Source: a virus
Lineage: Duplodnaviria > Caudoviricetes
Length of the DNA: 63,202 nucleotides
IMG/VR virus record: IMGVR_UViG_3300010222_000004
Coordinates: 1-63,202 of that record
Strand: one strand, 5' to 3'
Both the position numbers and the translations under genes were made by a program. Position 1 is the first letter of the stretch. Each line of letters starts with the position of its first letter. Below the pieces are notes generated by a model. It worked only from the letters and a program-made list of their open reading frames with translations. It made no database searches and had not been told where the DNA came from. Shown here in pieces: positions 47,690-57,020 of this stretch.

Positions 47690-49069
47690 ATGGCACGGAG
47701 TTACAATATCGACGAGGTATTCCCTCGAGCCATTATCGACGACGGGACCGACAGTGGCTCCCGCCCGGGCGTCTCCCGCGTCGTCGCCATCGACGCGAGT
47801 GGCACCTATACCACCGTCTGGACGCCGGCTTCAAAATCCACCCAAGACGACTTCGAAGATGGCGATCTCGCGGAGTACGACCGCACCGACGGCTGGTCAA
47901 CGACGGCCTCGCCCACCTACGAGGGGAGCTCTGCGGTCGGCAACAGCCCGTCCTCAGAGGAGTATCTCGTCGCCCTCGAAGGGTCGCTCCCGGTCGACTT
48001 CGCGCCGGGTGATGTTTGGCACGTCCCGGTCTATTTCCTCGCGAACTCGTGTGAAGTCTACTGGGGCGACCAAGATACGACGAACTCGGATCAGTACGAA
48101 CTCTCGCTGCGGGAGGACGGCTCGCTCGACGTCTTCAAAAACGAGAGCGGCACGGACACGAAACTCCGGAACGTGTCGGCGACGTCCGTCCAGGCGAATC
48201 TCGACAACAATTGGATTCACATCTTCATCGAATGGGACCCGGGGCTCTACTCGGGGAACTACGACCCCGACGATTCCGACGACTCGCACACGGGCGACTT
48301 TCTCGTCACCGTCACTGACGATGACGGCATTCCGGTCGTCCAGGCGTTCGTTGACGCGAACGACACCACGTTCCGCTCGGGCGGCATCGCGATGGTCCTC
48401 AAGGGCGGCGAAGAGGGCTATTACGACAAGCTGGAGGTCGGCGACCGCGCGGCGTTTGACCTCTACTCGCCGAATCGGCCACACGAGCCCGATGAGATCG
48501 ACACTTGGAACAACTGGCGGATGGAAGATTGGGTCAACGATACGGATAAATTCCGGCTCGCCGGCGAGCCGGAGATCACGCCCGCAGTCGGGGAGTTTTG
48601 CCTCGCCAACGACGCCGGCTTTGGCTTCTCTCGCATCGGCGCCGTCCAGGGGAATGGCTTTCCCAACTTGCTCCCCGACGGCGGGAAAGCCCGCCTCTAC
48701 GTCCAGTCGGACGCCTTAGATGGGTTGCAGGGCGTCCTCGGCGCCTATGCGGACTCCTCGAACTGGTCGCGGTTGGAGCTGCGCCGCGGCGAGGATCGCA
48801 TCCGTGTTGTCGATAACGTCTCAGGAAGCAAGACCGTCCACGCCGACATTGGATCGGTCGGCCTGTCGGCAGACGTCTGGCGGGAAATTACTGTCGACCG
48901 CAGCGACAGCGGGACGATCCGCTTTGTGATGGCCGACGGGAGTGGCGGGACGCATATCGACCACACGCACACGCTCGACGGGAGCCTCGCGAACAACCCC
49001 GGCGTCGCGGTACAGGGGAGCAGCAACGACACGGCGACATTCTACTTCGACGACTTTCGTCAAGAGTGA
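47690..49069 (+). CDS. Putative receptor-binding protein (lectin-like beta domains)
   Basis: DDFEDGD...FDDF acidic beta-sandwich pattern. Confidence 0.6.
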   Translation: MARSYNIDEVFPRAIIDDGTDSGSRPGVSRVVAIDASGTYTTVWTPASKSTQDDFEDGDLAEYDRTDGWSTTASPTYEGSSAVGNSPSSEEYLVALEGSLPVDFAPGDVWHVPVYFLANSCEVYWGDQDTTNSDQYELSLREDGSLDVFKNESGTDTKLRNVSATSVQANLDNNWIHIFIEWDPGLYSGNYDPDDSDDSHTGDFLVTVTDDDGIPVVQAFVDANDTTFRSGGIAMVLKGGEEGYYDKLEVGDRAAFDLYSPNRPHEPDEIDTWNNWRMEDWVNDTDKFRLAGEPEITPAVGEFCLANDAGFGFSRIGAVQGNGFPNLLPDGGKARLYVQSDALDGLQGVLGAYADSSNWSRLELRRGEDRIRVVDNVSGSKTVHADIGSVGLSADVWREITVDRSDSGTIRFVMADGSGGTHIDHTHTLDGSLANNPGVAVQGSSNDTATFYFDDFRQE

Positions 49070-49075
49070 TTAGTC

Positions 49076-50362
49076 ATGACACGCAGAATACGGAATGGGA
49101 GCGGCGCGCAGCCCATCGACATCAACTTACTGACGCGGGCCACCAACGGCTACGGCGTCGTCCGAGGGATCGGGAACAATTGCGCGACGGTTCTCGGCGA
49201 CGACGGCACCGGCACTATCGAGGCCACCTGTCAAGGCGGGACAGTCGCCATCGACGGCGAGCGCATCGATGTCGCCGAGCAGTCCGTGACGCTCAACGAC
49301 GGCGACCCGCTGAGTCCGCGGCGGGATATGGTCTACGCGAACTCCGAGGGCAATCTCACGGTCCGGCAAGGACCGCCCGCGCCGACTGCCCCCGAGACGG
49401 CGGTCCGCTGGGAGGCGGGTGTGCCGAGCCTCCCCGACGCCCGCAATCTCGACGGCATCCCGCTGCTGGGAGTGCACATCCCGGCGGACGCCTCCATCGA
49501 GGATCTGTTTGTTACCGCCGCAACCCGCGATCTGCGCGTCTTTGCGCCAAAATCCGACGGCGCCATCCCGAATCTCGACAGCGACCCGTCGGACGAGGAA
49601 CTACTGGCTGGCAGCTCGCGGATCTGGAATAATACAGGCGTCTCGCCGCCGGAACTCCGCTACTACGACTCTGCGGCCCAAGATGTCTACCAAGTCAATC
49701 GCACGTCGCTCCGGTCGGTCGGGACGAGCGGGGGCGGCAACGACCCGATTCTCGTCGAGGACTTCGACGATCCGATCGACGCCAACTGGCAGACCGAGGA
49801 CGATGACCTCGAAGCCGTTTCGATCACGACCACCAACGTCTTCCAGGGCTCGGGCGCGCTCGAATACACGAATCCCTCCGACTCCGTCAAAATCTGGTCG
49901 TTCCCGAGCAATGGGTTGGGCGCCTACCCGGACCCGGGCGACACCGTCCGCATCGCCATCGACGCCTCGGCGGGCGAGCACGCCGACGTCGGCATCGCCA
50001 AGCAGTCCTCGAACGACGACCGGCCGGGCAACGAATACCGGGCGGTCGTCGACCATGATGGCGCCAGATTCGCGATCTATCGCGCCGACGGCTACGGAAC
50101 GCGCTTTGGCGCCGATATGGAAAACACGCTCGCCGTCGAGAACGGCATCGGCTACGGGAGTGGCTATCATATCGTTGAGTTTGACTACGATGGCTCGGGG
50201 CGGGGCCACCACGACGCGCGGCTCTATACGACGGCGAACGGAAGCAAGGACACGCTGCTCTCCTCGCTGTCGGCGGCGAAAGACACGACCTATCGCGGCC
50301 GTGGCTTGGCGATCGGCTGCGTGCACGAAACTCGCTGGGACGCGCTGGACGTGTTAAAGTGA
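49076..50362 (+). CDS. Tail fibre protein (paralog 3) with lectin-like C-terminus
   Basis: Shared N-domain VTLNDGDPLSPRRDMV; C-terminal VEDFDD domain. Confidence 0.65.
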   Translation: MTRRIRNGSGAQPIDINLLTRATNGYGVVRGIGNNCATVLGDDGTGTIEATCQGGTVAIDGERIDVAEQSVTLNDGDPLSPRRDMVYANSEGNLTVRQGPPAPTAPETAVRWEAGVPSLPDARNLDGIPLLGVHIPADASIEDLFVTAATRDLRVFAPKSDGAIPNLDSDPSDEELLAGSSRIWNNTGVSPPELRYYDSAAQDVYQVNRTSLRSVGTSGGGNDPILVEDFDDPIDANWQTEDDDLEAVSITTTNVFQGSGALEYTNPSDSVKIWSFPSNGLGAYPDPGDTVRIAIDASAGEHADVGIAKQSSNDDRPGNEYRAVVDHDGARFAIYRADGYGTRFGADMENTLAVENGIGYGSGYHIVEFDYDGSGRGHHDARLYTTANGSKDTLLSSLSAAKDTTYRGRGLAIGCVHETRWDALDVLK

Positions 50363-50363
50363 G

Positions 50364-51500
50364 ATGAACACGAACGACCGTTCTGCCGGCCAATACGGTG
50401 GGGACAGACCACTCGTCTATTCGGGTGCGGCTGGCGCACTCCAGTACGGCCGCCCGCCGGCGAAAAAATACCGCGTCGAACTCGAACTCGGCAGGCGACG
50501 GACGACGCTCCCGCCCGAGTCCGTCTCGATCCGGTTGCAGCACACCGGCGTCTCGGACGCCGAGGTCGTCGTCCCCAATGCGGGCGACCTCTCGGACTGG
50601 CAGACGGCCGAGTTGAACATCTACCACGGGTCGACGCTCCTCTTCCGAGGGATCGCCGAGCGCCTGCCTGGCCCATCAACCGAGCCGACGGCGCGCCTCG
50701 CCGGGCGGGGCATCGGCCGCGAGCTGGCACGTGGCGGCCCTGAGGACGATCTTTCGTTTTCGGATCGGGACGCCTACGCCGCCATCCGGCACGTCTGGGA
50801 CGAGTGGACGACGTTCGACGCCCGCGTGCTCGAGCCGTCGACGCCGACGCGCATCGGCACTGACGACCCCTACGAAGTCGGCGGGACGCCGCTCGAAATC
50901 CTCCAGGACCTCCACGAGACCACAGGGATGCGCTTTTCGATCAACCACCAAGACCGCGCGAAGAAGGTCGAAAGCTACGTGCCCCGCGAGCACGTCAAAC
51001 GCGCCGACTGGGAGGCGATCAGTTGGTCGTCCGATCTCGACGTGCAGGATTACGCGAATGAAGTCCTCGTCGTCGGCGCGGTCAAAGACGACGGCACGCG
51101 CGCCTCGGGGCGGGCGATCGATCAAGAGGAGATCAGCGCCCGGGCCGAGCGCCTTGGGATCAGCGAGGCAGCGGCGACGGTGACGTGGCGGCTCCCGGCA
51201 CCAAAGCTCAGCTCCGACGACGACTGCGCGGATCGGGCTGCGACGGCGCTGGAAGACTTTCTCGCGGCGGATTCGCTCTCGGGGACGATCGATATTATCC
51301 CCGATACGTTCGTTCTGCCGGGCTATCACTACCGGATTGACGAGTGGGCCGACGACCACGAGCCCGTGCCCGAATTACCCGTCAACGAAGTCGCGATCGA
51401 TGAGTCGCTGGGCGATGCGACGGCGCAACTGACCGTCAATGCACCCAGCGGACAGTTACTCGCGGATCTAACGGGCCGGCAACTCGGCGGCGATTCATAA
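50364..51500 (+). CDS. Baseplate hub/Tal-like protein
   Basis: LFRG...LAGRG...DYANEVLVVG. Confidence 0.65.
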   Translation: MNTNDRSAGQYGGDRPLVYSGAAGALQYGRPPAKKYRVELELGRRRTTLPPESVSIRLQHTGVSDAEVVVPNAGDLSDWQTAELNIYHGSTLLFRGIAERLPGPSTEPTARLAGRGIGRELARGGPEDDLSFSDRDAYAAIRHVWDEWTTFDARVLEPSTPTRIGTDDPYEVGGTPLEILQDLHETTGMRFSINHQDRAKKVESYVPREHVKRADWEAISWSSDLDVQDYANEVLVVGAVKDDGTRASGRAIDQEEISARAERLGISEAAATVTWRLPAPKLSSDDDCADRAATALEDFLAADSLSGTIDIIPDTFVLPGYHYRIDEWADDHEPVPELPVNEVAIDESLGDATAQLTVNAPSGQLLADLTGRQLGGDS

Positions 51501-51517
51501 CCCAGCATTCACAATCC

Positions 51518-52804
51518 ATGCCACGAAACGAAGCCTTCGATTCGATAAATGGCCAATATACCGTCGCGTCAGGCACGGGGGCGGACATTCAGTCCGCGAT
51601 CGACAAGGCAAATGCCGACGGTGGTGGGACCGTCAGGCTCGGGCCAAATGAATTCACCGTCAGTGCGACCATCGAGAAACCAGCGCGGGTTCGGCTCGTC
51701 GGCGCGGGGGAACAGGAAACCTACCTGTCCCTCGCTGACGGGGCGAACGTCGATGTGATACACTGCGTCCCGGACGGCCACTACGACGGAAACTCCGGGC
51801 TCGGGGCACTCAGCATCGACGGGAACAAGGCCAACAACACCTCCGGCCGGGGAATCGCCGTGACTCCGCTCTCGCTTCGCCTTCACTTCGACCAAGTCGA
51901 GGTGACCAACATGCCCGGCGACGGCATCGTCTACGAGCCACCGCCCACTGGCTCGGATAACACGTACGAACCAATCGTCACCAACTCCGGCGTCACTGAC
52001 TGTGGCGGCAACGGTGTGGTCACGAACAACGGTGTCGTCGACCTGTGGGCAGCCAATCTCACATCCCAACGAAACGGTGGCGACGGCTACCTCATCCAGC
52101 AGGGCGGGGGGCACTCCTTGATCCATCCCCACGCCGTCGAAAACGCCGGCGACGGGATCGTCCTGGACAACACGTCGCAAAACTGGCTCTACGACCCGTA
52201 CGGCGACACGAACGACGGGCACGGGATCGTGCTCCGCAACGGGACGTCGCAGTGTCTCCTCGTCGGGGGCTTCACCATGAAAAACGGCGTCGACGGAGCG
52301 CAGAAAGACGGTATCTACCTCACCGACGCGTACATCAACAAAATCATCGGGATCTCGTGTGACGACCCCCGGAGTGCGACGGATACGACCCAGCGCTACG
52401 GCATCCACGAGGACCAAGCCAGCGGGAACTACATCGGCTACTGTGACGTTGGCGGCAACGACGCCGGTCCGTTCGAGGGGAGTCGCAGCACCGAGATCAA
52501 GCACTGCGACGGGATCACGACCGAGGTCACTGGCGTTGACACGTTTACCGGAGATGGGACCACGGACAAATACATCATCTACGACAAGCCGCTCAAGGAT
52601 CTCTATCTGCCGGTGACGGATCCCGACACGGTCAACATCCAGGTCACGGGGGCCAACTACGACGACACGCTCCCGGTCCCGGTCGGCGCGAATCCCGTCT
52701 ACGATGGGAACGGCGATCCGGTCAACATCCGGGTCGTGTTCTCCTCGGCGCCGGGCGACGGCGTCGACATCCGGACGCGGTGGTCGGCGGAGATCGCCGA
52801 GTAG
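51518..52804 (+). CDS. Right-handed beta-helix (pectate-lyase-like) tailspike
   Basis: IQSAIDKA...GGGTVRL...IDGNKANN; repeated NxGDGI. Confidence 0.85.
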   Translation: MPRNEAFDSINGQYTVASGTGADIQSAIDKANADGGGTVRLGPNEFTVSATIEKPARVRLVGAGEQETYLSLADGANVDVIHCVPDGHYDGNSGLGALSIDGNKANNTSGRGIAVTPLSLRLHFDQVEVTNMPGDGIVYEPPPTGSDNTYEPIVTNSGVTDCGGNGVVTNNGVVDLWAANLTSQRNGGDGYLIQQGGGHSLIHPHAVENAGDGIVLDNTSQNWLYDPYGDTNDGHGIVLRNGTSQCLLVGGFTMKNGVDGAQKDGIYLTDAYINKIIGISCDDPRSATDTTQRYGIHEDQASGNYIGYCDVGGNDAGPFEGSRSTEIKHCDGITTEVTGVDTFTGDGTTDKYIIYDKPLKDLYLPVTDPDTVNIQVTGANYDDTLPVPVGANPVYDGNGDPVNIRVVFSSAPGDGVDIRTRWSAEIAE

Positions 52805-52863
52805 CGGCCAGTGCCGAGCAGAGCATCCGCCAAGTGACGTAGTGCAACAGACTGCAAGCAGCC

Positions 52864-54597
52864 ATGGCTAGTTCGCTACAGGTCCCGGATCCTCGCGAGA
52901 CCATTGAGTGGGACATCCGAGACACCGTGACCGTCGAGCCGGGGGCGCCGATCCCCCTGGAAAGTCACACACGCGTCGAGTTACAGCCCGGGGGGCATCG
53001 GCTGACGAGCGATCACGTCAATAACGACCTCGCGCACTACCGCCTGCTGGGCAGTGGCGCGGACTGCGTCGTCGAAACCGGCGGCAATCACAGATGGCTC
53101 GTCAAAGCCTTCGGCGCCCCCGGCCCCATTGAGATCGGCGGCTTCGTCTGCGACTACGGCGCGGAAACAGACACCTCCGGCGCCGGCATCAATCTCGCGC
53201 CGACGGGCCCGCTGTGGGTCCACGACATCCGGTGGGCGGGCTTCACGCCGGCGGAGGAGACTGGCGACGACTGGAAGTGCAACGTCCGGATCAAGGCTGA
53301 CGCCCCGGGCTGGGTCGAGCGCGTCGAAAGCATCGGCGGCGCTCACATGGGCGGCCATCTCGACGGCAAGGGAATGGGCATCGTCGATTATCATCACGAG
53401 GGGACGTTCTATTTCCGCGACAACTATATCGAGGAAGAGCCAGGGGATACGCCGTGGTACACGCAGGGCCACGGCGAGAACCACTTCCTCCGCTGCTACC
53501 ACGTCAATAACGCGATGGCGAACTTCCGGATCGGCGGGCAGTCCTCGGTCCGGGACTGCGTGAGCGTCCAAGACCACGACGCGATTGACGAGTACACCGG
53601 TGAGTTCAACGCCGCCCACGACTGTCTCGTCGCGACGCAGATCAACCACAATCAGACCGGCGCGGTCATCGAGGGCTGCGAGTTCATCTGCCGGTCGACG
53701 GACACGTCGTCGACGTCGATCCGGACGCATCTCACGAGTGGCGACGTCACGATCCGCGACACGCGCATCCAGCACGATGAGGGCCGACCCTTCATTCATA
53801 AAAACGCCGACTACGGCGCCCACAAGTACCAGTGGGTCGACGGCGAGGACAGCGCCATCCACTGGGCGGGCGTCGATATTAGTGGGGCCGCCGGCGTCGA
53901 GCACGTCTTCGACCACGACCGCCGCGAGTTCTGCACGGTGGCGGAGTCGTGCATCGAAATCGACCACGAGACGCTCTGCACCGGGGATGGCACCGACATC
54001 TCCGGGCTCGAGACGAGCGGCGCGGAGCGCCCGACCGACCACGACCCCCGCGCAGCGACGCCCTTCGAGAGCGATCCAGCCATGCCAGACGAGACACCCA
54101 CCGACGACGGCGACAGTACCGACTCCGCACCGAACCCCTATCCCCACACGTTCCAGATTGAGGGAACCGGCGACCGCGCGACGTGGCGCGTCGTCGTTGA
54201 CGGATCGTTGACCCACGATTCGGCGCAGGGGACCAACGACTCGGAGGATACCTTCGGGACGACCGAAGCGAATGGCGTCGTCCTCTCGGGGACCGACGGC
54301 GGGCGCTTCAGCGGCGAGATCACCGCGCTCGAACTCGACGGCGACGCGACCGTCTTCGTCGACGGCGACGAAGTCGACCCCGCCGAGTACGGTGGGGCCG
54401 ATGGCGACGCGAGCGACGGGTCGGATGAGTCGGACGGCGCCGACAGTCCTGACGACTCGGATAGCAGCGGCGGGGGCGACGAGGCCGACGACGGCAGCTC
54501 GCCCAGTGATGGATCGACTGCCCCGGACCGTGACGTCGCGCTCGAGGACATCACGCTCGCCGACGTCGCCGCGCTCGTGCAGCAGCGCGACAGTTAA
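52864..54597 (+). CDS. Beta-helix-like protein with acidic low-complexity C-terminus
   Basis: Repeated beta-helix-like strands; D/S/G-rich linker. Confidence 0.65.
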   Translation: MASSLQVPDPRETIEWDIRDTVTVEPGAPIPLESHTRVELQPGGHRLTSDHVNNDLAHYRLLGSGADCVVETGGNHRWLVKAFGAPGPIEIGGFVCDYGAETDTSGAGINLAPTGPLWVHDIRWAGFTPAEETGDDWKCNVRIKADAPGWVERVESIGGAHMGGHLDGKGMGIVDYHHEGTFYFRDNYIEEEPGDTPWYTQGHGENHFLRCYHVNNAMANFRIGGQSSVRDCVSVQDHDAIDEYTGEFNAAHDCLVATQINHNQTGAVIEGCEFICRSTDTSSTSIRTHLTSGDVTIRDTRIQHDEGRPFIHKNADYGAHKYQWVDGEDSAIHWAGVDISGAAGVEHVFDHDRREFCTVAESCIEIDHETLCTGDGTDISGLETSGAERPTDHDPRAATPFESDPAMPDETPTDDGDSTDSAPNPYPHTFQIEGTGDRATWRVVVDGSLTHDSAQGTNDSEDTFGTTEANGVVLSGTDGGRFSGEITALELDGDATVFVDGDEVDPAEYGGADGDASDGSDESDGADSPDDSDSSGGGDEADDGSSPSDGSTAPDRDVALEDITLADVAALVQQRDS

Positions 54598-54635
54598 CCA
54601 ACAGTCGCCGGCCACCGGCGGTCTGTGTTGGTTAA
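54594..54635. repeat. TTAACCAACA/TGTTGGTTAA palindrome copy D (22-nt spacer)
   Basis: Overlaps stop codon of last late gene; between convergent units. Confidence 0.85.
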
Positions 54636-54673
54636 CGCCGAGACTCCTTTTGCCGATTGTCTCTGAGAATAAA

Positions 54674-54706
54674 AACGGCCACTGGCAAGACTGCGCTGGG
54701 GCTTAG
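54674..54706 (-). repeat. 33-bp direct repeat (partner 59797-59829), 3'-UTR/terminator-like
   Basis: AACGG(C/T)CACTGGCAAGACTGCGCTGGGGCTTAG 32/33 identical; T-rich tract follows on minus strand. Confidence 0.85.
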
Positions 54707-55149
54707 TCGAAGATTTCGTGGAGGAGCGTGCCTCCGTAGGGGTCGAAGTCATCGGGGACGTCCGCGGTTGTGATCTCCGACTTCTCTCGTGTCTCGGTGT
54801 GGACGACGTGACTGTCTGCGGGCGTCGCGTCAAAGCGCCACTCTTCGGCGAGGTCTGTGGCCTCGTGTTCGGACCACGCCGGGATGCGAAACCGATAGTC
54901 AACGCTCACCGAGATGGTCACGTCGTACCACGCGCCGACGGGCTCCGGTTCTGGGTCGGTCACCTCGTCATCGTTGAGCGGCTCGCGCGACCGATCGAAG
55001 GCAGAACCGGACTGCTCAACCTCATGGGGATGCTCGAAGCGCCGCGAGCGCAGTACCCACTCGCCGCACTCGTCACACTCCAGCAGCGTCTCGGGCGGCC
55101 GGTAGCCGCCGTCCGTGTCCTCGCCGGTCAAGGTCTGTTGGGTAGTCAT
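54703..55149 (-). CDS. Zn-finger hypothetical protein
   Basis: CDECG...HPH. Confidence 0.65.
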   Translation of the reverse strand: MTTQQTLTGEDTDGGYRPPETLLECDECGEWVLRSRRFEHPHEVEQSGSAFDRSREPLNDDEVTDPEPEPVGAWYDVTISVSVDYRFRIPAWSEHEATDLAEEWRFDATPADSHVVHTETREKSEITTADVPDDFDPYGGTLLHEIFD

Positions 55150-55499
55150 AGTCTAGTGGGTGGGACGAACTCCGCGTCCATGTAGAGGATGTGGCCGATC
55201 GCGTCCCGGAACGGGTGGTCGGTCTCCCAGAGCTCACCGCCCTCGTCGCGGACGTGATACCAGACGATCTCGCGGTCCGTATCGTCGATCGCGAGTCGGC
55301 GGCCGTCCGGGCGGCCGTAGACGTACGTCGGCCAGCCGCCACCGACGCGCTCCCAGTTGGCCGGGAGAAGTTGCTCAAACCAGTCGACGAGTGCCTCCGG
55401 GCGTTCGATGCAGTCGGAGTGGACGGGGCCGTAGTCGGATGGTTCGCGCCGTTGGCCGGGGACGATCGGCTCTCCGCAACAGTAGCACTCAACCATCAT
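55146..55499 (-). CDS. Zn-binding hypothetical protein
   Basis: CYCCG...HSDC. Confidence 0.6.
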   Translation of the reverse strand: MMVECYCCGEPIVPGQRREPSDYGPVHSDCIERPEALVDWFEQLLPANWERVGGGWPTYVYGRPDGRRLAIDDTDREIVWYHVRDEGGELWETDHPFRDAIGHILYMDAEFVPPTRL

Positions 55500-55687
55500 G
55501 GGTCAATCGTGACCTCCCCACAGCATAGTCGTTGCCGCACGCGCTCGTGATGGCCGGTCCGCCCGCAGCGCGGGCACTCCGCGAGCGCGTCCGGCGCGCC
55601 GGCACAGGCACAGCAGCGCCACGGCGGGACGGCCGCCTCGCCGGGGAGCAGCTCGCGCCCACAGTCTCGACAGCAGACGGGCGTCAT
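55496..55687 (-). CDS. CPxCG microprotein
   Basis: CCRDCG...CCAC...CPRCG. Confidence 0.55.
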   Translation of the reverse strand: MTPVCCRDCGRELLPGEAAVPPWRCCACAGAPDALAECPRCGRTGHHERVRQRLCCGEVTIDP

Positions 55688-55791
55688 CGCCGAGGGGCTG
55701 GCCACGGCGCGCCGTCGTGGAACGCCCAGAGCACCGGGTCGGCGGCGAGGGCGTAGCCCGCCCGCAGCGACGCCGTCTCGGAGCCCCCCCG

Positions 55792-55905
55792 TCATCGCCA
55801 CCGCTCCAGATCCGCCGGCGCCTCGCAGGCGAGCCAGCCCGTCGCGCGGTCGCCGTCGTAGAGCACGTAGGCGTCGGCCTCTTGGCGCGCCGTCAGCTCA
55901 CTCAT
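55792..55905 (-). CDS. Microprotein
   Basis: MSELTARQEADAYVLYDGDRATGWLACEAPADLERWR. Confidence 0.5.
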   Translation of the reverse strand: MSELTARQEADAYVLYDGDRATGWLACEAPADLERWR

Positions 55906-56074
55906 CGTCCAACACCTCCGCCGCCCTGTCGGGGGAGAGCCGCACTGGGTAGCCATAGCGGTCGTACAGGCGGACTGCGCCCGTGTGATACCGGGCCGCG
56001 AAGGTGTGAGGGTTGCGCCGATCACGTCCGGGGACGACAACCGCATCACCATAGTGATACGCTCGCTCACTCAT
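55898..56074 (-). CDS. Small hypothetical protein
   Basis: MSERAYHYGD; coupled. Confidence 0.5.
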   Translation of the reverse strand: MSERAYHYGDAVVVPGRDRRNPHTFAARYHTGAVRLYDRYGYPVRLSPDRAAEVLDDE

Positions 56075-56258
56075 CGTCGCGCACCTCCACGTCCTCGCGG
56101 GCGACGTCCCGCTGCAACTCGTCGCGGCCGACTCGGAGCGGTCCCTTTGGGCCACGGGCAACGACCGTCTGCTCGTCGACTGACGTGATCGTGTACCGCC
56201 AGCCCGTCGTCCCGGCGACGAGGACCGTCCCGGGCGAGAGGTCAGTGACGGCCGTCAT
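56067..56258 (-). CDS. Small SH3-like hypothetical protein
   Basis: LSPGTVLV...YTITSVD. Confidence 0.5.
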   Translation of the reverse strand: MTAVTDLSPGTVLVAGTTGWRYTITSVDEQTVVARGPKGPLRVGRDELQRDVAREDVEVRDDE

Positions 56259-56827
56259 CGGTTCGGACACCCCTCGCGGTGGAGGACGCCGTCGCGGCCG
56301 CCGAGTTCCACCAGTAGTTCGCGCCCGCAGCCCTCGCAGCGGACGTACTCCTTGCCGCCCTGGGCTGGGGGTTCGCGATGCCGGGTGTAGCCGGGGCGGT
56401 CGTCCTCGTCGATGAGCTCCGCGTCGTCGGCGGCGACCACGATCTCGCCGCCGTCGGTTGCGACGGCCAGCGCGTCGGTCTCGGTGTCAGCGTCCGCGCT
56501 CGCGGTGACGTGCTCGCCGAGGTGGTCGTCGACTGCGTCGCGGTCGACCCACGTGGGGACGGAACGTGCGCCGGTCGCGAAGGCCACGCGGCGCTGGTGC
56601 TTACACGTCGCGTCGCGGTACTCGGCGTCGGGGCAGGTACACCGTCCTTCGCGCCCGTCGACGGTGTAGGATCCCCCGCTCTCCGTCACGACGAGGTACA
56701 GCCCGTCGGCGTCGCGGACGCAGCCGACGTCCTCGAGGACGGTCATGATTTCAGTGAGCGCACTGACGTCGCGATCGTCTAGGGTCGTAGCGGCACGTTC
56801 TTGTGCCGCTGGGGCGAAAGTCGTCAT
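56255..56827 (-). CDS. SWIM zinc-finger protein
   Basis: SYTVD...CTCPDAEYRDATCKH. Confidence 0.8.
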   Translation of the reverse strand: MTTFAPAAQERAATTLDDRDVSALTEIMTVLEDVGCVRDADGLYLVVTESGGSYTVDGREGRCTCPDAEYRDATCKHQRRVAFATGARSVPTWVDRDAVDDHLGEHVTASADADTETDALAVATDGGEIVVAADDAELIDEDDRPGYTRHREPPAQGGKEYVRCEGCGRELLVELGGRDGVLHREGCPNR

Positions 56828-56840
56828 GGCTGTTTCCACC

Positions 56841-56916
56841 GAGACAGCCCCGCTCGGGTGCTGCTACACCCGGGCATTCTCCACGACGGAACGCCTCCGA
56901 GGAGCGGGTCTGTCTC
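56841..56916 (-). ncRNA. Putative structured 5' leader RNA (copy 3)
   Basis: Outer GAGACAG-A-CCCGCTC / GAGCGGG-G-CTGTCTC; inner CGGGTG-TAGCAG-CACCCG. Confidence 0.5.
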
Positions 56917-56930
56917 TGCTATACACTATA

Positions 56931-57012
56931 TTGCGAACCCACTTAATGGTTGTGGGCATGATGCGAACGTTGTAAGGATGGGCGCAACCTATTTGCTCCT
57001 GTAGTTCGCAAC
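56931..57012. promoter_or_regulatory. Divergent promoter with TGCGAAC/GTTCGCA operators
   Basis: TGCGAAC at 56932 and 56962, GTTCGCA at 57004; TTAA box at 56943-56946. Confidence 0.55.
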
Positions 57013-57020
57013 ATTTTGTT

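Noticed and set aside
45950-54597. Diversity-generating retroelement or invertible tail-fibre cassette
   Set aside because: No reverse transcriptase, TR/VR pair, recombinase or oppositely oriented fibre genes seen.
52981-54615. Long antisense ORFs (also 3346-4998, 24898-26220, 31092-32603)
   Set aside because: Typical GC-rich antisense shadows of real plus-strand genes.
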